64,000 nt of DNA from positions 1,980-65,979 of the forward strand of contig JAHJSM010000001.1 in the NCBI GenBank assembly GCA_018830295.1, read 5' to 3'. This document shows positions 45,981 to 55,379 of this stretch, in pieces. The translations under genes and the position numbers were made by a program. The notes under the pieces were generated by a model, which was not told the DNA's origin, ran no database searches, and saw only the letters and a program-made list of their open reading frames with translations. Position 1 is the first letter of the stretch. Each line of letters opens with the position of its first letter. This DNA comes from Patescibacteria group bacterium. Its GTDB lineage: Bacteria > Patescibacteriota > Minisyncoccia > Portnoybacterales > UBA2143.

Positions 45981-47033
45981 TTATCTTGGCGTTTCTTTGT
46001 ATTGAGTAGCGACGAGAACGCCTTTTAGCGCATCTATGTCTTCTAAGACCACTCCTGTCCCGCGGACGACTGCCGTAAGGGGGTCTTCAACCAATTTAAC
46101 TGGCATTTCTGTTTGCTCGGCAATTAATCGGTCAAGCCCTCGCAACAAACCGCCACCGCCCACTAAAAAGATACCTCGGGTCATAATATCAGCCACTAAT
46201 TCCGGAGGCGTTTCTTCAATAGTCGCTTTAATTGAATTAACTAATAATTTAATTGAATGATTTAACGCTTTTCGGATTTGGCTGTCATTCACAATAACCT
46301 CTTTTGGCAGGCCGGTAATAATATCTCTCCCTCTCATCGCTGTTTCTATTGGTTCATCTAACGCGCAAGCCGAACCAACCGCTATCTTTATATCCTCCGC
46401 CGTTTTTTCGCCTAAAAGAAGATTAAATTCTTCGCGCGCGTAATTAACAATATCCTCGTTAAATTTATCTCCGGCAATCCGCAAACTGCGGCTAACGACA
46501 ATCCCGCCCAGAGAAATGACAGCGACTTCCGATGTCCCGCCGCCAATATCAACGATCATATTGCCCGTCGCTTCTTGAACAGGCATTCTGACTCCAATCG
46601 CCGCCGCCATCGGTTCTTCAATTAGATAGACCTCGCGCGCGCCGGCGTTTCTGACCGCATCTTCAACCGCCCTTTTCTCCACTTCCGTCACGCCCGAAGG
46701 GATGCCAACCACGACGCGCGGTCGCGGCAAAATAGAAAAACTTTCTCGGTGAACTTTATCAATAAAAAATTTGAGCATCTGCTCGGTCACTTCAAAATCG
46801 GAAACAACCCCCGCCACCAAAGGCCGCGAAGCGACAATGTGCGCCGGCGTCCGTCCAACCATTTTTTTCGCTTCCTGCCCAATAGACAAAATCTGACCTG
46901 TTTTTTGGTTAATCGCCACGACTGACGGCTCATTAATAACAATCCCTCGTCCTTTGACATAGACGAGAGTGTTCGCTGTCCCTAAATCAATTCCGATATC
47001 CTTTGAAAAAAATCCGAAAAATTTATTAAGCAT
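45981..47033 (-). CDS. mreB: Rod-shape-determining protein MreB
   Basis: DLGTANTLV and DIGGGT actin-fold motifs. Confidence 0.9.
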   Translation of the reverse strand: MLNKFFGFFSKDIGIDLGTANTLVYVKGRGIVINEPSVVAINQKTGQILSIGQEAKKMVGRTPAHIVASRPLVAGVVSDFEVTEQMLKFFIDKVHRESFSILPRPRVVVGIPSGVTEVEKRAVEDAVRNAGAREVYLIEEPMAAAIGVRMPVQEATGNMIVDIGGGTSEVAVISLGGIVVSRSLRIAGDKFNEDIVNYAREEFNLLLGEKTAEDIKIAVGSACALDEPIETAMRGRDIITGLPKEVIVNDSQIRKALNHSIKLLVNSIKATIEETPPELVADIMTRGIFLVGGGGLLRGLDRLIAEQTEMPVKLVEDPLTAVVRGTGVVLEDIDALKGVLVATQYKETPR

Positions 47034-48270
47034 TGATTTCTTCTAATAAGTTCTGTTTTTTGACTAATTTTATCTCTTCGCTGTCTCTTTTTTTAATTTC
47101 AACCGAATCTGATTCAACCGTTTTCCCGCTAACCACTAAACGCCAAGGAATGCCAATTAAGTCGGCGTCGGCAAACTTCGCGCCAGGAGAAGCGTTGTCT
47201 CGGTCATCATAAAGAACCTCTATTTTATTTTCTATTAATTTATTATAAATATCATCGGCGAAATCTCGCGTTTCTTTTTCTTTGCCCAAAGACAACAAAT
47301 GAACAGCGTAAGGGGCCACTTCTTCAGGCCAAATAATTCCTTTCTCATCATGATGAACTTCAACGATCGTCCCCATTGTTCGACTCGGTCCAAGACCATA
47401 ACATCCCATCTCAACAAAATGGATTTTATCGCTCGCATCTGCATACGAAAAACCAAACGGCTCGGAAAATCGCGTTCCCAGTTTAAAAATATTTCCGACT
47501 TCAACCGCTTTTTCCACTCGCAAATCGCCGCTTTGACAAACGGGGCATTCTTTTTGCTCTTCAATGATTTCTTTATTAACCGCCACCTTGCATTTATCGC
47601 AGATATAAATCGTATCTTCGCCGGCGTCCGTTAGCGTTTGAAATTCATGGGAATATTTTGAAAACGCTCCACCCGAAGCAAAGGTCAGATAAGTGATGTC
47701 TCCCAATCCGCATCTTTTGTAAACCTTAAAATACGCTTCCTTCGCTACTTCGTAAAATTTATCCAAGTCCTCTTTGTCGGTATGAAAAGAATACAAATCC
47801 TTCATGGAAAATTCCCTCCCCCGAATCAGTCCTGCTTTGGCGCGCAACTCGTTTCTGAATTTGGTTTGAATTTGATAGACATAAGCGGGCAATTCTTTGT
47901 ATGAAGAAACATATTTTTTAACTAAGGGGACAACGATTTCCTCGTGGGTCGCGCCCAAAGCGTATTCTTTTTTGTCGGCGCCCGCCAACTTGAAAAGAAC
48001 ATCAAAGTTATCCCAACGACCTGTTTGCTCCCAAACCTTTTTCGGCGTCAGAGAAGGCATCAAAATTTCCTGCCCGCCAATCGCATTCATCTCTTCGCGA
48101 ATTATATGACAAATCTTGTTATGAACTCTCAACCCCAAAGGCAAAAACGAGTAAACGCCCGCGCTCACTTTTTCTATAAAACCGCCTCTAATTAAAACTT
48201 CCGCGTTAAAACTGGTCTCATCCTTCGGCGCCTCTTTAATTGTTTTTGTAAAAAGTTTTGATTGTCTCAT
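47026..48270 (-). CDS. proS: Proline--tRNA ligase, short form without an editing insertion and with a CxxC...CxxC zinc-ribbon insert
   Basis: Collinear with the ProRS class II catalytic core (YQIQTKFRNE, GREFSMKD) and anticodon-binding domain. Confidence 0.85.
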   Translation of the reverse strand: MRQSKLFTKTIKEAPKDETSFNAEVLIRGGFIEKVSAGVYSFLPLGLRVHNKICHIIREEMNAIGGQEILMPSLTPKKVWEQTGRWDNFDVLFKLAGADKKEYALGATHEEIVVPLVKKYVSSYKELPAYVYQIQTKFRNELRAKAGLIRGREFSMKDLYSFHTDKEDLDKFYEVAKEAYFKVYKRCGLGDITYLTFASGGAFSKYSHEFQTLTDAGEDTIYICDKCKVAVNKEIIEEQKECPVCQSGDLRVEKAVEVGNIFKLGTRFSEPFGFSYADASDKIHFVEMGCYGLGPSRTMGTIVEVHHDEKGIIWPEEVAPYAVHLLSLGKEKETRDFADDIYNKLIENKIEVLYDDRDNASPGAKFADADLIGIPWRLVVSGKTVESDSVEIKKRDSEEIKLVKKQNLLEEINA

Positions 48271-48279
48271 AAGTTAATT

Positions 48280-48310
48280 GGGGGCTGCCCCCGCAACGGG
48301 GGCAGCCCCC
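48280..48310. repeat. Family-A palindrome (GCAAC spacer)
   Basis: Exact copy, upstream of the proS start. Confidence 0.95.
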
Positions 48311-48353
48311 AATTTTAACTAAAACAACCACTCAATGGGGTTGTTTTTTTGCT

Positions 48354-48596
48354 TTATGATTTAATTTCCAGCGCGAGTATTCTTTCGTCGTGTTCTTCTA
48401 TTTTATTGTCATGTCTTTTATAAAGTTCAGTTGATGCTGTGTTCTCCTGCTCTAAATCACCCAATTTTTTAAAAATCTTATCTTGACCAGTTAAAATTTT
48501 ATCAAACTTATCTTTAATTTGATTATCAACACTAGCAAATTTCTTATCAATATTATTAAATTTTTTATCTAAGTAATCTACAAATTCTTTATCCAT
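48354..48596 (-). CDS. Small coiled-coil protein, paralog 3 (80 aa)
   Basis: NIDKKFASVDNQIKDKFDKILTGQDKIFKKLGDLEQEN...IEEHDERILALE aligns with the C-terminal half of the 2472-2873 product. Confidence 0.5.
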   Translation of the reverse strand: MDKEFVDYLDKKFNNIDKKFASVDNQIKDKFDKILTGQDKIFKKLGDLEQENTASTELYKRHDNKIEEHDERILALEIKS

Positions 48597-48641
48597 TTTG
48601 TTTTCCCTCCTTATTTTTATTCTACCACAAAATCAACAAAA

Positions 48642-49742
48642 CTAAAACAGCCGCGCCACATCTCTCCATGTAATCGCGACCATTAGAAGAATTAAAAGCG
48701 CGAAGCCAGCCGTGTGCGTAATTCTTTCAATATTTTGGCTAATCGGCGAACCCTTGATTTTCTCAATTCCCAAGAAAAGCAATCGCCCCCCGTCAAGCGC
48801 CGGGAAAGGAAGAATGTTAATAATCGCCAAGTTAATATTAAGAACAGCCGCCAATTGGATGATATAAATCAAGCCGAGCTGCGCCGCCTGACCGGTTAAA
48901 TTGAAAATATAGACGGGACCGCCGCCTTCTATCGCTGACTTTCCCGTTGAAACCAATTGCCAAAGCAAACCACCCAAAGCGATCACAATGGCATAAGTCA
49001 TATAAAAAACATCCGCGACGCCCGAATAAATCGCCTGATACCACGGTTGAGAAACAATCGTCGTTCTCGCCAAAGCGACTCCCAAACTGCCTTCACCCGA
49101 TGGCGGATTAACTCGCGCGAACATTTTCTTTTCCAAGACCTCATCTCCTCTGTGGATAACCGCCGTAATCTCTTCGCCCTCATGCGCGGTAATAAAATAT
49201 TGCATCTCTCCAACCATCTCCACTTCTATTTCTTCATCCCCCGCCTTGAGTCGCGCAACTGTGTCGCCCATCTGAATTCCCGCTTGCTCGGCGGGAGAAC
49301 CAAAAGCGACCTGGACAATCTGAACCTTCGCTCCGCTCGCGCCTACCGCATCTTCATCCTCAATCATCGTCGGAAGTCCAACCCAATGCCCAACGCCCAA
49401 AAGAAAAGCCGCCAAAACCAAATTCATCGTCACCCCCGCGACCAAAACAATCGCGCGAGTTCCGATCGGTTTGTCGCCAAAAGCCCGCCCTTTATCGGCT
49501 GGTTGAATATCTTTTTTATCAAGCCCATCCTCGCCGTAAATTTTAACAAACCCGCCCAAAGGCAAAAGATTAATGGAGTAAATTGTCTCTCCCCGCTTAA
49601 TCCCAAAAACCCTCGGCGGAAAACCAAATCCAAACTCCTCCACCTTAATCCCCGCCCGCTTCGCCATAACAAAATGCCCCAACTCATGGACAAAAACAAG
49701 CAACCCTAAAATCAAAACAAAAACAATAATAGTTAAAAACAT
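48642..49742 (-). CDS. rseP: RIP zinc metalloprotease RseP (site-2 protease)
   Basis: HELGHF motif in TM1, PDZ-like middle region and a C-terminal LDGG motif. Confidence 0.85.
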   Translation of the reverse strand: MFLTIIVFVLILGLLVFVHELGHFVMAKRAGIKVEEFGFGFPPRVFGIKRGETIYSINLLPLGGFVKIYGEDGLDKKDIQPADKGRAFGDKPIGTRAIVLVAGVTMNLVLAAFLLGVGHWVGLPTMIEDEDAVGASGAKVQIVQVAFGSPAEQAGIQMGDTVARLKAGDEEIEVEMVGEMQYFITAHEGEEITAVIHRGDEVLEKKMFARVNPPSGEGSLGVALARTTIVSQPWYQAIYSGVADVFYMTYAIVIALGGLLWQLVSTGKSAIEGGGPVYIFNLTGQAAQLGLIYIIQLAAVLNINLAIINILPFPALDGGRLLFLGIEKIKGSPISQNIERITHTAGFALLILLMVAITWRDVARLF

Positions 49743-49745
49743 ATT

Positions 49746-50303
49746 TTATACCTTCATTATCTCCTCTTCTTTTTTCTTTTTTAATTCCTCTATTTTTTTA
49801 TTATACTCATCAACTATTTTTTGGATTTCGTCTTTGGCTCGGAATTTGGCGTCTTCGGAAATTTCTTTGGCGCGCTCCAAGTCCTGAATTTGACGCCAGA
49901 TTTCTTCTCTCTGACGGCGAATACTAATGCGCGATTCTTCTGTTTTTTCTTGAAGAATTTTGACCAGTTCGCGCCTTCTTTCCTCACTTAAAGGCGGGAT
50001 GTTCAAGCGAATGGAATCCTCGTCCACCATCGGTGTTATCCCTAAACTGGATTGCTTAATGGCTTGCGTAATTTGAGTAATAATTTCTTTATCCCACGGG
50101 CGGATAATAATCATCCGCGGCTCGGGCGTTTGAATCGCCGCCAATTGCTTGATCGGCAATTGTTGGTTATAGCAATCAACCGTCAAATTTTCTATCAGGC
50201 CCGGCGTCGCCCGCCCAACTTGCAAAGAAGCCAGTTCGCTCTTCAAATACTCGTATGACTTTTCTAAATTTGGTTTTAGTTTTTTGATTATTTCTTGATG
50301 CAT
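49746..50303 (-). CDS. frr: Ribosome recycling factor
   Basis: 185 aa; the conserved RRF core with a C-terminal extension. Confidence 0.9.
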   Translation of the reverse strand: MHQEIIKKLKPNLEKSYEYLKSELASLQVGRATPGLIENLTVDCYNQQLPIKQLAAIQTPEPRMIIIRPWDKEIITQITQAIKQSSLGITPMVDEDSIRLNIPPLSEERRRELVKILQEKTEESRISIRRQREEIWRQIQDLERAKEISEDAKFRAKDEIQKIVDEYNKKIEELKKKKEEEIMKV

Positions 50304-50330
50304 AGTTTTAAATTTTTGATTTTATAATTT

Positions 50331-51122
50331 CTACTTACTCACTCCCGCGTAAATTAAATTGGGATTTTGGGGGTCAATGACTATTTCTTTAATTTTGCGG
50401 CTGGTGGGCAATTGGCGGATTGTCCAATTTTCTCCTCCGTCTAAACTGCGATACAAAACTGAATCCGCTTTGTAAAATAATTGGCTCGCGTTGCTCAACA
50501 CTAACTCTGCCTCCGGGTTAATCGCGATTTTCGAAATAGCGTCTTCAAACCATTTAACTATCTGCCATGTTTTGCCGTAATCGGCGCTTTTTAAAAATTC
50601 ACCCTCGCTTGTTTTAATATAAATTACTGACGAGTCGTAATTGTCAATTGCAATTTCAGAAACAATTTGCTTTTTATCCGCGATAATATAAACCTCTTCC
50701 CATGAGCCCCCGCCATCCTCGCTTCTTAAAACTCTCCCTCTTTTATTCTGCCCGACAGCCAAATAAATTCTATCTGGATTTTCCGAATCAATGGCAATGT
50801 CATAAATATCAGCCCCATCAGAAAGCTCTTCTCCCTCGCCCGTGATTTGATGCCAATACTTTCCGCGCGAATAACTTTTATAAAGCCCGCCTCCTTTAGA
50901 GCCCAAATAAAGAATCTCCGCATCATCAGGATGAACCGCCAAACTCAAAACATCTAAGGAGGTAATTAAAAAGCGGTTTTCCATAACGGCCATTTGTTCC
51001 CATGTTTCCCCTCCATTTTCCGAATAATAAATCCCTCCATCGCCAATTCTTTTCTCAATTTCCGCCGGAACAATATTCCAAAGAACAAAAAGAAAAGCGG
51101 CAACTATAAAAAATTCTTTCAT
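50331..51122 (-). CDS. Secreted BNR/Asp-box repeat beta-propeller protein
   Basis: Signal peptide and four S.DGG.TW-type Asp-box motifs (SENGGETW, SEDGGGSW, SADYGKTW, SLDGGENW). Confidence 0.7.
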   Translation of the reverse strand: MKEFFIVAAFLFVLWNIVPAEIEKRIGDGGIYYSENGGETWEQMAVMENRFLITSLDVLSLAVHPDDAEILYLGSKGGGLYKSYSRGKYWHQITGEGEELSDGADIYDIAIDSENPDRIYLAVGQNKRGRVLRSEDGGGSWEEVYIIADKKQIVSEIAIDNYDSSVIYIKTSEGEFLKSADYGKTWQIVKWFEDAISKIAINPEAELVLSNASQLFYKADSVLYRSLDGGENWTIRQLPTSRKIKEIVIDPQNPNLIYAGVSK

Positions 51123-51125
51123 AAT

Positions 51126-52052
51126 CTAAAATTCCATCATCAGAACTTCCAAAGATAATCGCGCGTTGATGCTTGAATTGGACAAAAGATTGTCTGTCTT
51201 TCTAATCGCTTGAATAATATTTTTTAATTTTGGCAAAGAATAAAATCCGCTAGCTCGCGACGACTCGGGGTAAAGAGATAAATCAGCGCATCCAGCGGCC
51301 GATAAAAGCAAATCCCTAAACCAGATTGTCCAATATCCTAAATTCCTTCGCGCTTCGGGCGTGTTTTTCGCCGCTTTCTCGGCATACTGACATCGCTCGT
51401 TGAAGTTCGCCCTTAATAATTTTTCTAAATCAGCAATCGCTTCATTTTGTTCTTCTAAAAGTTTCGGATTTTTGCAATATTCTATCGCCAAGCCCGGACG
51501 GCCATTCGCCAACCGCGCCGCTTTCTTCGCCTCTGAACTGCCGCAAAGAGAAACGAGCCCTTTTTCTATTTCCTCTCCTGCCACCGGCAAAAAATTAATC
51601 AACTGGCAGCGAGAAACAATTGTCGGCAGAAGCGATTGGAAAGACGAGGTGATTAAAATCAAAACCGTTCCGCCCGTCGGCTCTTCCAAAGTTTTTAAAA
51701 GACAATTGCTCGCCTCTCTTGTCATCCGATCCGCCTGATTGATAATCGCGATTTTATGAGACGACTGACAGGCGAACAAGCTTATCCGCCGCTGGGCTTC
51801 CCTAATTTGCGGAATGCCTATTTCCATCTCTTTTTGAACGCCCTCTTTTTCAATAATTTGCGGCTCAATGATTAAAATATCTGGATGAACCGTTTCGCTA
51901 ATTTCTATCCCCGTCAACATCTTCACGAATTCAGACGCGACCGCCTTCTTGCCTAAATGAGCGGGACCGGAAAATAAATAGGCGTGAGAAAGCCGCTCAT
52001 GCTCAATGCTCTTTTCTAAGAAATTTAAAATTCGTTTATGCCCGATTATCAT
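51126..52052 (-). CDS. holB: DNA polymerase III delta-prime subunit-like AAA+ protein. The likely start is M17
   Basis: Clamp-loader P-loop-like GPAHLGKK and SRC motif; the tracked N-terminus MGTVPATGTVP is repeat-derived. Confidence 0.7.
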   Translation of the reverse strand: MIIGHKRILNFLEKSIEHERLSHAYLFSGPAHLGKKAVASEFVKMLTGIEISETVHPDILIIEPQIIEKEGVQKEMEIGIPQIREAQRRISLFACQSSHKIAIINQADRMTREASNCLLKTLEEPTGGTVLILITSSFQSLLPTIVSRCQLINFLPVAGEEIEKGLVSLCGSSEAKKAARLANGRPGLAIEYCKNPKLLEEQNEAIADLEKLLRANFNERCQYAEKAAKNTPEARRNLGYWTIWFRDLLLSAAGCADLSLYPESSRASGFYSLPKLKNIIQAIRKTDNLLSNSSINARLSLEVLMMEF

Positions 52053-52067
52053 AAGGAAATGAAATTT

Positions 52068-52098
52068 GGGGACTGTCCCTGTTGCGGGGACAGTCCCC
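52068..52098. repeat. Family-B palindrome with the A-type spacer (GGGGACTGTCCCT-GTTGC-GGGGACAGTCCCC)
   Basis: Read directly. It links the A and B families, which share the GTTGC/GCAAC spacer. Confidence 0.95.
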
Positions 52099-52116
52099 AA
52101 TCTGGTTTACATTATA

Positions 52117-53229
52117 TCACGCTACCTTATTTTCCTCAATGATTTTTATAATCGCCTCCTTTATTCCTATCTCAAACCTCTCCTCGGAAAATTTCTCAGC
52201 TCTTTTTCTGATAACAGCAGGACTGTAGGCGTCAAAATTTATTAGCAACCTGCGAACGCCATCCGCCAGAACTTCTGTCACTGGCTCGTCAAAAAATTCG
52301 CCAGTGATTCCTTCTATGACCGTTTCAACGGCGCCGCCTTTGCGGTATGCTAAAACCGGTTTGCCAAAACTCATCGCTTCAACAGGCGCGATGCCAAAAT
52401 CATCCTCGCCGGGAAAAATAAAAGCGCGGCAATTTTTAAGACATTCTCGCGCTGTCTCATCCGATTGCCAGCCCAAAAACCTAACATTAGAATGAGCCAT
52501 TTTTTTAAGCCGTTTAGAATCAGGACCTTCGCCGATAATAACCAAAGGCAATTCCAATTTATTAAAAGCGTCAATCGCCAAATCAATCCTCTTGTAAGGG
52601 GTTAATTGGGAAATAATCAAAAAGAAGCCATCATCGCGAGCGGACTGCCAATCAGCGCCCGTCAAAAAAGCCGGCGGGTAAATCACTTTTGCTTCCCGCC
52701 CGTAATATTTTTTAATCCGCTCGGCTGTTGTTTTTGAATTGGCGATAAAATAGTCAACGCGATTAGAGGCCGCTCTATCCCACATTCGGATATAGTGCAT
52801 GACAATCTTAATCGCCGCGTTAGTGAAAAATCCTTTTTTCTGCTCTTTAATATAGCGGCAATACCTGTCCCAACTAAAACTCATCGGGCTGTGACAATAG
52901 CAAATATGAACCGTTTTCGGTCGTGTAATCACGCCCTTGATAAAACTACTTGAAGAGGAAATAACCAAATCAAAATCCCTCAAATCAATCGTCTCGGCCG
53001 CCGTCGGAATAAAAGGCAAAAGATATTTCTGCCGCCGACGCCAAAACTTCGGAAACTTCTGTAAAAAAGAAGTCCTGATTTTTTTCCCGGGAAAATACTT
53101 TCCCATTTTCTCCTCATCATAAAGAAGAGTATAAATCTCCGCCTTTGGAAAAATTTTCCGCAAACATAAAAAGACCCTCTCGGCCCCTCCAAAGCGGATT
53201 AAATAATCATGCAATAAAGCGATTTTCAT
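52117..53229 (-). CDS. GT4-family glycosyltransferase. The likely start is M17 (MKIALLHDY...), giving an ATGA overlap with the upstream gene
   Basis: GT-B fold; the EDDFGIAPVEAMSFGKPV segment fits the E-x7-E GT4 motif. Confidence 0.8.
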   Translation of the reverse strand: MKIALLHDYLIRFGGAERVFLCLRKIFPKAEIYTLLYDEEKMGKYFPGKKIRTSFLQKFPKFWRRRQKYLLPFIPTAAETIDLRDFDLVISSSSSFIKGVITRPKTVHICYCHSPMSFSWDRYCRYIKEQKKGFFTNAAIKIVMHYIRMWDRAASNRVDYFIANSKTTAERIKKYYGREAKVIYPPAFLTGADWQSARDDGFFLIISQLTPYKRIDLAIDAFNKLELPLVIIGEGPDSKRLKKMAHSNVRFLGWQSDETARECLKNCRAFIFPGEDDFGIAPVEAMSFGKPVLAYRKGGAVETVIEGITGEFFDEPVTEVLADGVRRLLINFDAYSPAVIRKRAEKFSEERFEIGIKEAIIKIIEENKVA

Positions 53230-54356
53230 CTTGACATATTTTGTTTGGTTAAAACTCCCAGCGTTTCCCGCGCGCATTTTTCCCAGGAGAATTTTTTAAT
53301 GTTCTGAAAGCCCTTTTCAATTAAACCCCTTCTCAACTCCCCGTCGCTTATTACTTTATACACTGCTTCTGATATTTTTTCAATGTTTTTTGGCGAAACG
53401 AAGAGCGCGCCCTCGCCCGCTACCTCCGGCAAAGAAGATGTCTCTGAAGCAATGACTGGACAACCCATCGCCTGCGCTTCCAAAATCGGCATTCCAAAGC
53501 CCTCGTAAAAAACAGGAAAAAGAAAAGCGGCGGCGTTTTTTAACAACTCCCATTTCTTCGCCTCGCTCACAAAACCCATTTCAACAATATCTTTATTCCC
53601 CGCAATTCTCCCAGCGAACGCCTCATAACCATACCCTCTTCCCCCCGCCAAAACCAACTTATGCGGCAACCCGTATTTTTTTTTAAACAACTCAAACGCC
53701 CCAATCATCCCCCCAATATTCTTCTTCCCCTCCAACCGCCCAATAAAAAGAATATAGGGACTGGAAAATGGGGGCTGCCCCCGAAACGGGGGGCAGCCCC
53801 CATTTTTATCAGGGGACAGTCCCCCGCCGCGGGGGCTGCCCCCGTCTTCATAGCCGTGATAAACAACTGATATTTTCTCCGGATTGGCTTTATATATTTT
53901 AACTAAATCGTTTTTAGTGTTTTGGGAAATGGCGATAACGCGCGCTGAATTTTTTAACGCGTATTTTGCGCTCCAACGGAGATACGCCAAACGCTTTTTG
54001 GGATACATTTCGGGGTAATGCTCATACTCCAATCCGTGAATAGTTGTGACTGAGTTTTTTGGATGAACAAGCGGCAGAACATGGACAGGAATAAAAAGAA
54101 TATCTGGCTCACGCGCCGCCATTTCAGCGGACAACCTGCATTGCGTCCACGACGGCAAGCCCCAGCGAAGCCGCTTAATTTTAAAATTCTCCGGCAATGG
54201 AAAATCAAAAATTTTGTTAAAAGGAGAATATAAAACAAAACGATGCTCTTCGCTTTCCTTAAGCATCGTTAAATGTTTAATTAACTGATAAGTATATTCT
54301 TCAACGCCCGTCCGCGGCTCAACAAAAGCCGCCATAGCGTTAATGCCGATTTTCAT
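53226..54356 (-). CDS. GT4-family glycosyltransferase carrying an in-frame 75-nt insertion built from palindromic repeats
   Basis: The GT4 C-terminal domain (FYEGFGMPILEAQAMGCPVIAS). The segment DGGSPRGGGLSPDKNGGCPPFRGQPPFS is encoded by the repeats at 53770-53844. Confidence 0.75.
   Translation of the reverse strand: MKIGINAMAAFVEPRTGVEEYTYQLIKHLTMLKESEEHRFVLYSPFNKIFDFPLPENFKIKRLRWGLPSWTQCRLSAEMAAREPDILFIPVHVLPLVHPKNSVTTIHGLEYEHYPEMYPKKRLAYLRWSAKYALKNSARVIAISQNTKNDLVKIYKANPEKISVVYHGYEDGGSPRGGGLSPDKNGGCPPFRGQPPFSSPYILFIGRLEGKKNIGGMIGAFELFKKKYGLPHKLVLAGGRGYGYEAFAGRIAGNKDIVEMGFVSEAKKWELLKNAAAFLFPVFYEGFGMPILEAQAMGCPVIASETSSLPEVAGEGALFVSPKNIEKISEAVYKVISDGELRRGLIEKGFQNIKKFSWEKCARETLGVLTKQNMSR
53770..53844. 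repeat. Family-A palindrome (GAAAC spacer, one extra G) fused to a chimeric B-left/A-left unit (GGGGACAGTCCCCC-GCCGC-GGGGGCTGCCCCC), all inside a coding sequence
   Basis: Read directly; 75 nt, a multiple of three. Confidence 0.9.
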
Positions 54357-54360
54357 AGGT

Positions 54361-55374
54361 TTACATCTGTTTCTTAGACATAATGCTTCTTTTGTAAACA
54401 TCTAAATGTTCCAAAGCAAGACCAGTTCCTTTTGCTACGCAAAGCAGGGGCTCTTTCGCGATGCGGCAATTAACGCCTGTCGCTTCGGTAATTAGAGCGT
54501 CCAAATTTCTTAACAACGCGCCGCCGCCGCTTAAAACCATACCCATATCCATAATATCAGCCACCAGTTCCGGAGGCGTCCCGCGCAAAACGGTTTTGAC
54601 CGTTTTAATAATTTCTCTAAGATTTTCCGACATCGCTTCCGTGATCTCGTTGCTTTTAACTTCAATCGTTTTAGGCAGTCCGCCGACCAAATCGCGACCC
54701 TGGATTTTCAAAGTCGTTTCTTCTTTTTGCGGCAAAGCGCTCCCTATTTTAATTTTAATCCTTTCCGCCGTTCCGTCGCCAATTGCTAAATTATGTTTTT
54801 TTCTAATATACTCGCTAATCGCCTGGTCAAGTTTGTCTCCGCCCACCCGAACCGATTCGCAGGAAACGATCCCGCCTAAAGAAATAACAGCCATCTCCGA
54901 AGTTCCGCCGCCAATGTCAATAATCATGTTACCCGCCGGTTTGTTGATGGCAAGCCCCGCCCCAATCGCCGCCAAAACCGGCTCTTTGACGATGTATGCG
55001 TTCTTGGCGCCCGCTTTAATAGTCGCCTCAATTACAGCTCGCCTTTCGGTGGACGAAACGCCCGCCGGAACAGAAACCATAATGTCTGGCTTAATAATCC
55101 GCCAACGCCCCAAAACCTTGCTGATAAAATAGCGAAGCATCGCCTCAGTAATGCGATAATCGGCGATTACCCCATCCTTCATTGGTCTGGAAACATTAAT
55201 CGTTTCAGGCGCTTTCCCAAGCATTTCTTTCGCTTGATTGCCAACCGCCAAAATTCTATTGTCTTCAATAGAAACAGCCACCACCGTCGGCTCGTTGACA
55301 ACAACGCCCTTTTTAGGAAGAAAAACCAAAGTATTAGCCGTCCCTAAGTCAATACCAATTTTTGTGATAAACAT
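54361..55374 (-). CDS. Second MreB-family actin homolog (Mbl/MreB paralog)
   Basis: DLGTANTLV and DIGGGTSE motifs; about 45% identical to the 45981-47033 product by eye. Confidence 0.85.
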   Translation of the reverse strand: MFITKIGIDLGTANTLVFLPKKGVVVNEPTVVAVSIEDNRILAVGNQAKEMLGKAPETINVSRPMKDGVIADYRITEAMLRYFISKVLGRWRIIKPDIMVSVPAGVSSTERRAVIEATIKAGAKNAYIVKEPVLAAIGAGLAINKPAGNMIIDIGGGTSEMAVISLGGIVSCESVRVGGDKLDQAISEYIRKKHNLAIGDGTAERIKIKIGSALPQKEETTLKIQGRDLVGGLPKTIEVKSNEITEAMSENLREIIKTVKTVLRGTPPELVADIMDMGMVLSGGGALLRNLDALITEATGVNCRIAKEPLLCVAKGTGLALEHLDVYKRSIMSKKQM

Positions 55375-55379
55375 AATAA

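Noticed and set aside
48957-49709. 250-aa plus-strand ORF
   Set aside because: Antisense to rseP; Arg-rich, low-complexity translation of the opposite strand of a well-supported gene.
54461-55132. 223-aa plus-strand ORF
   Set aside because: Antisense to the second mreB-like gene; no motif support.
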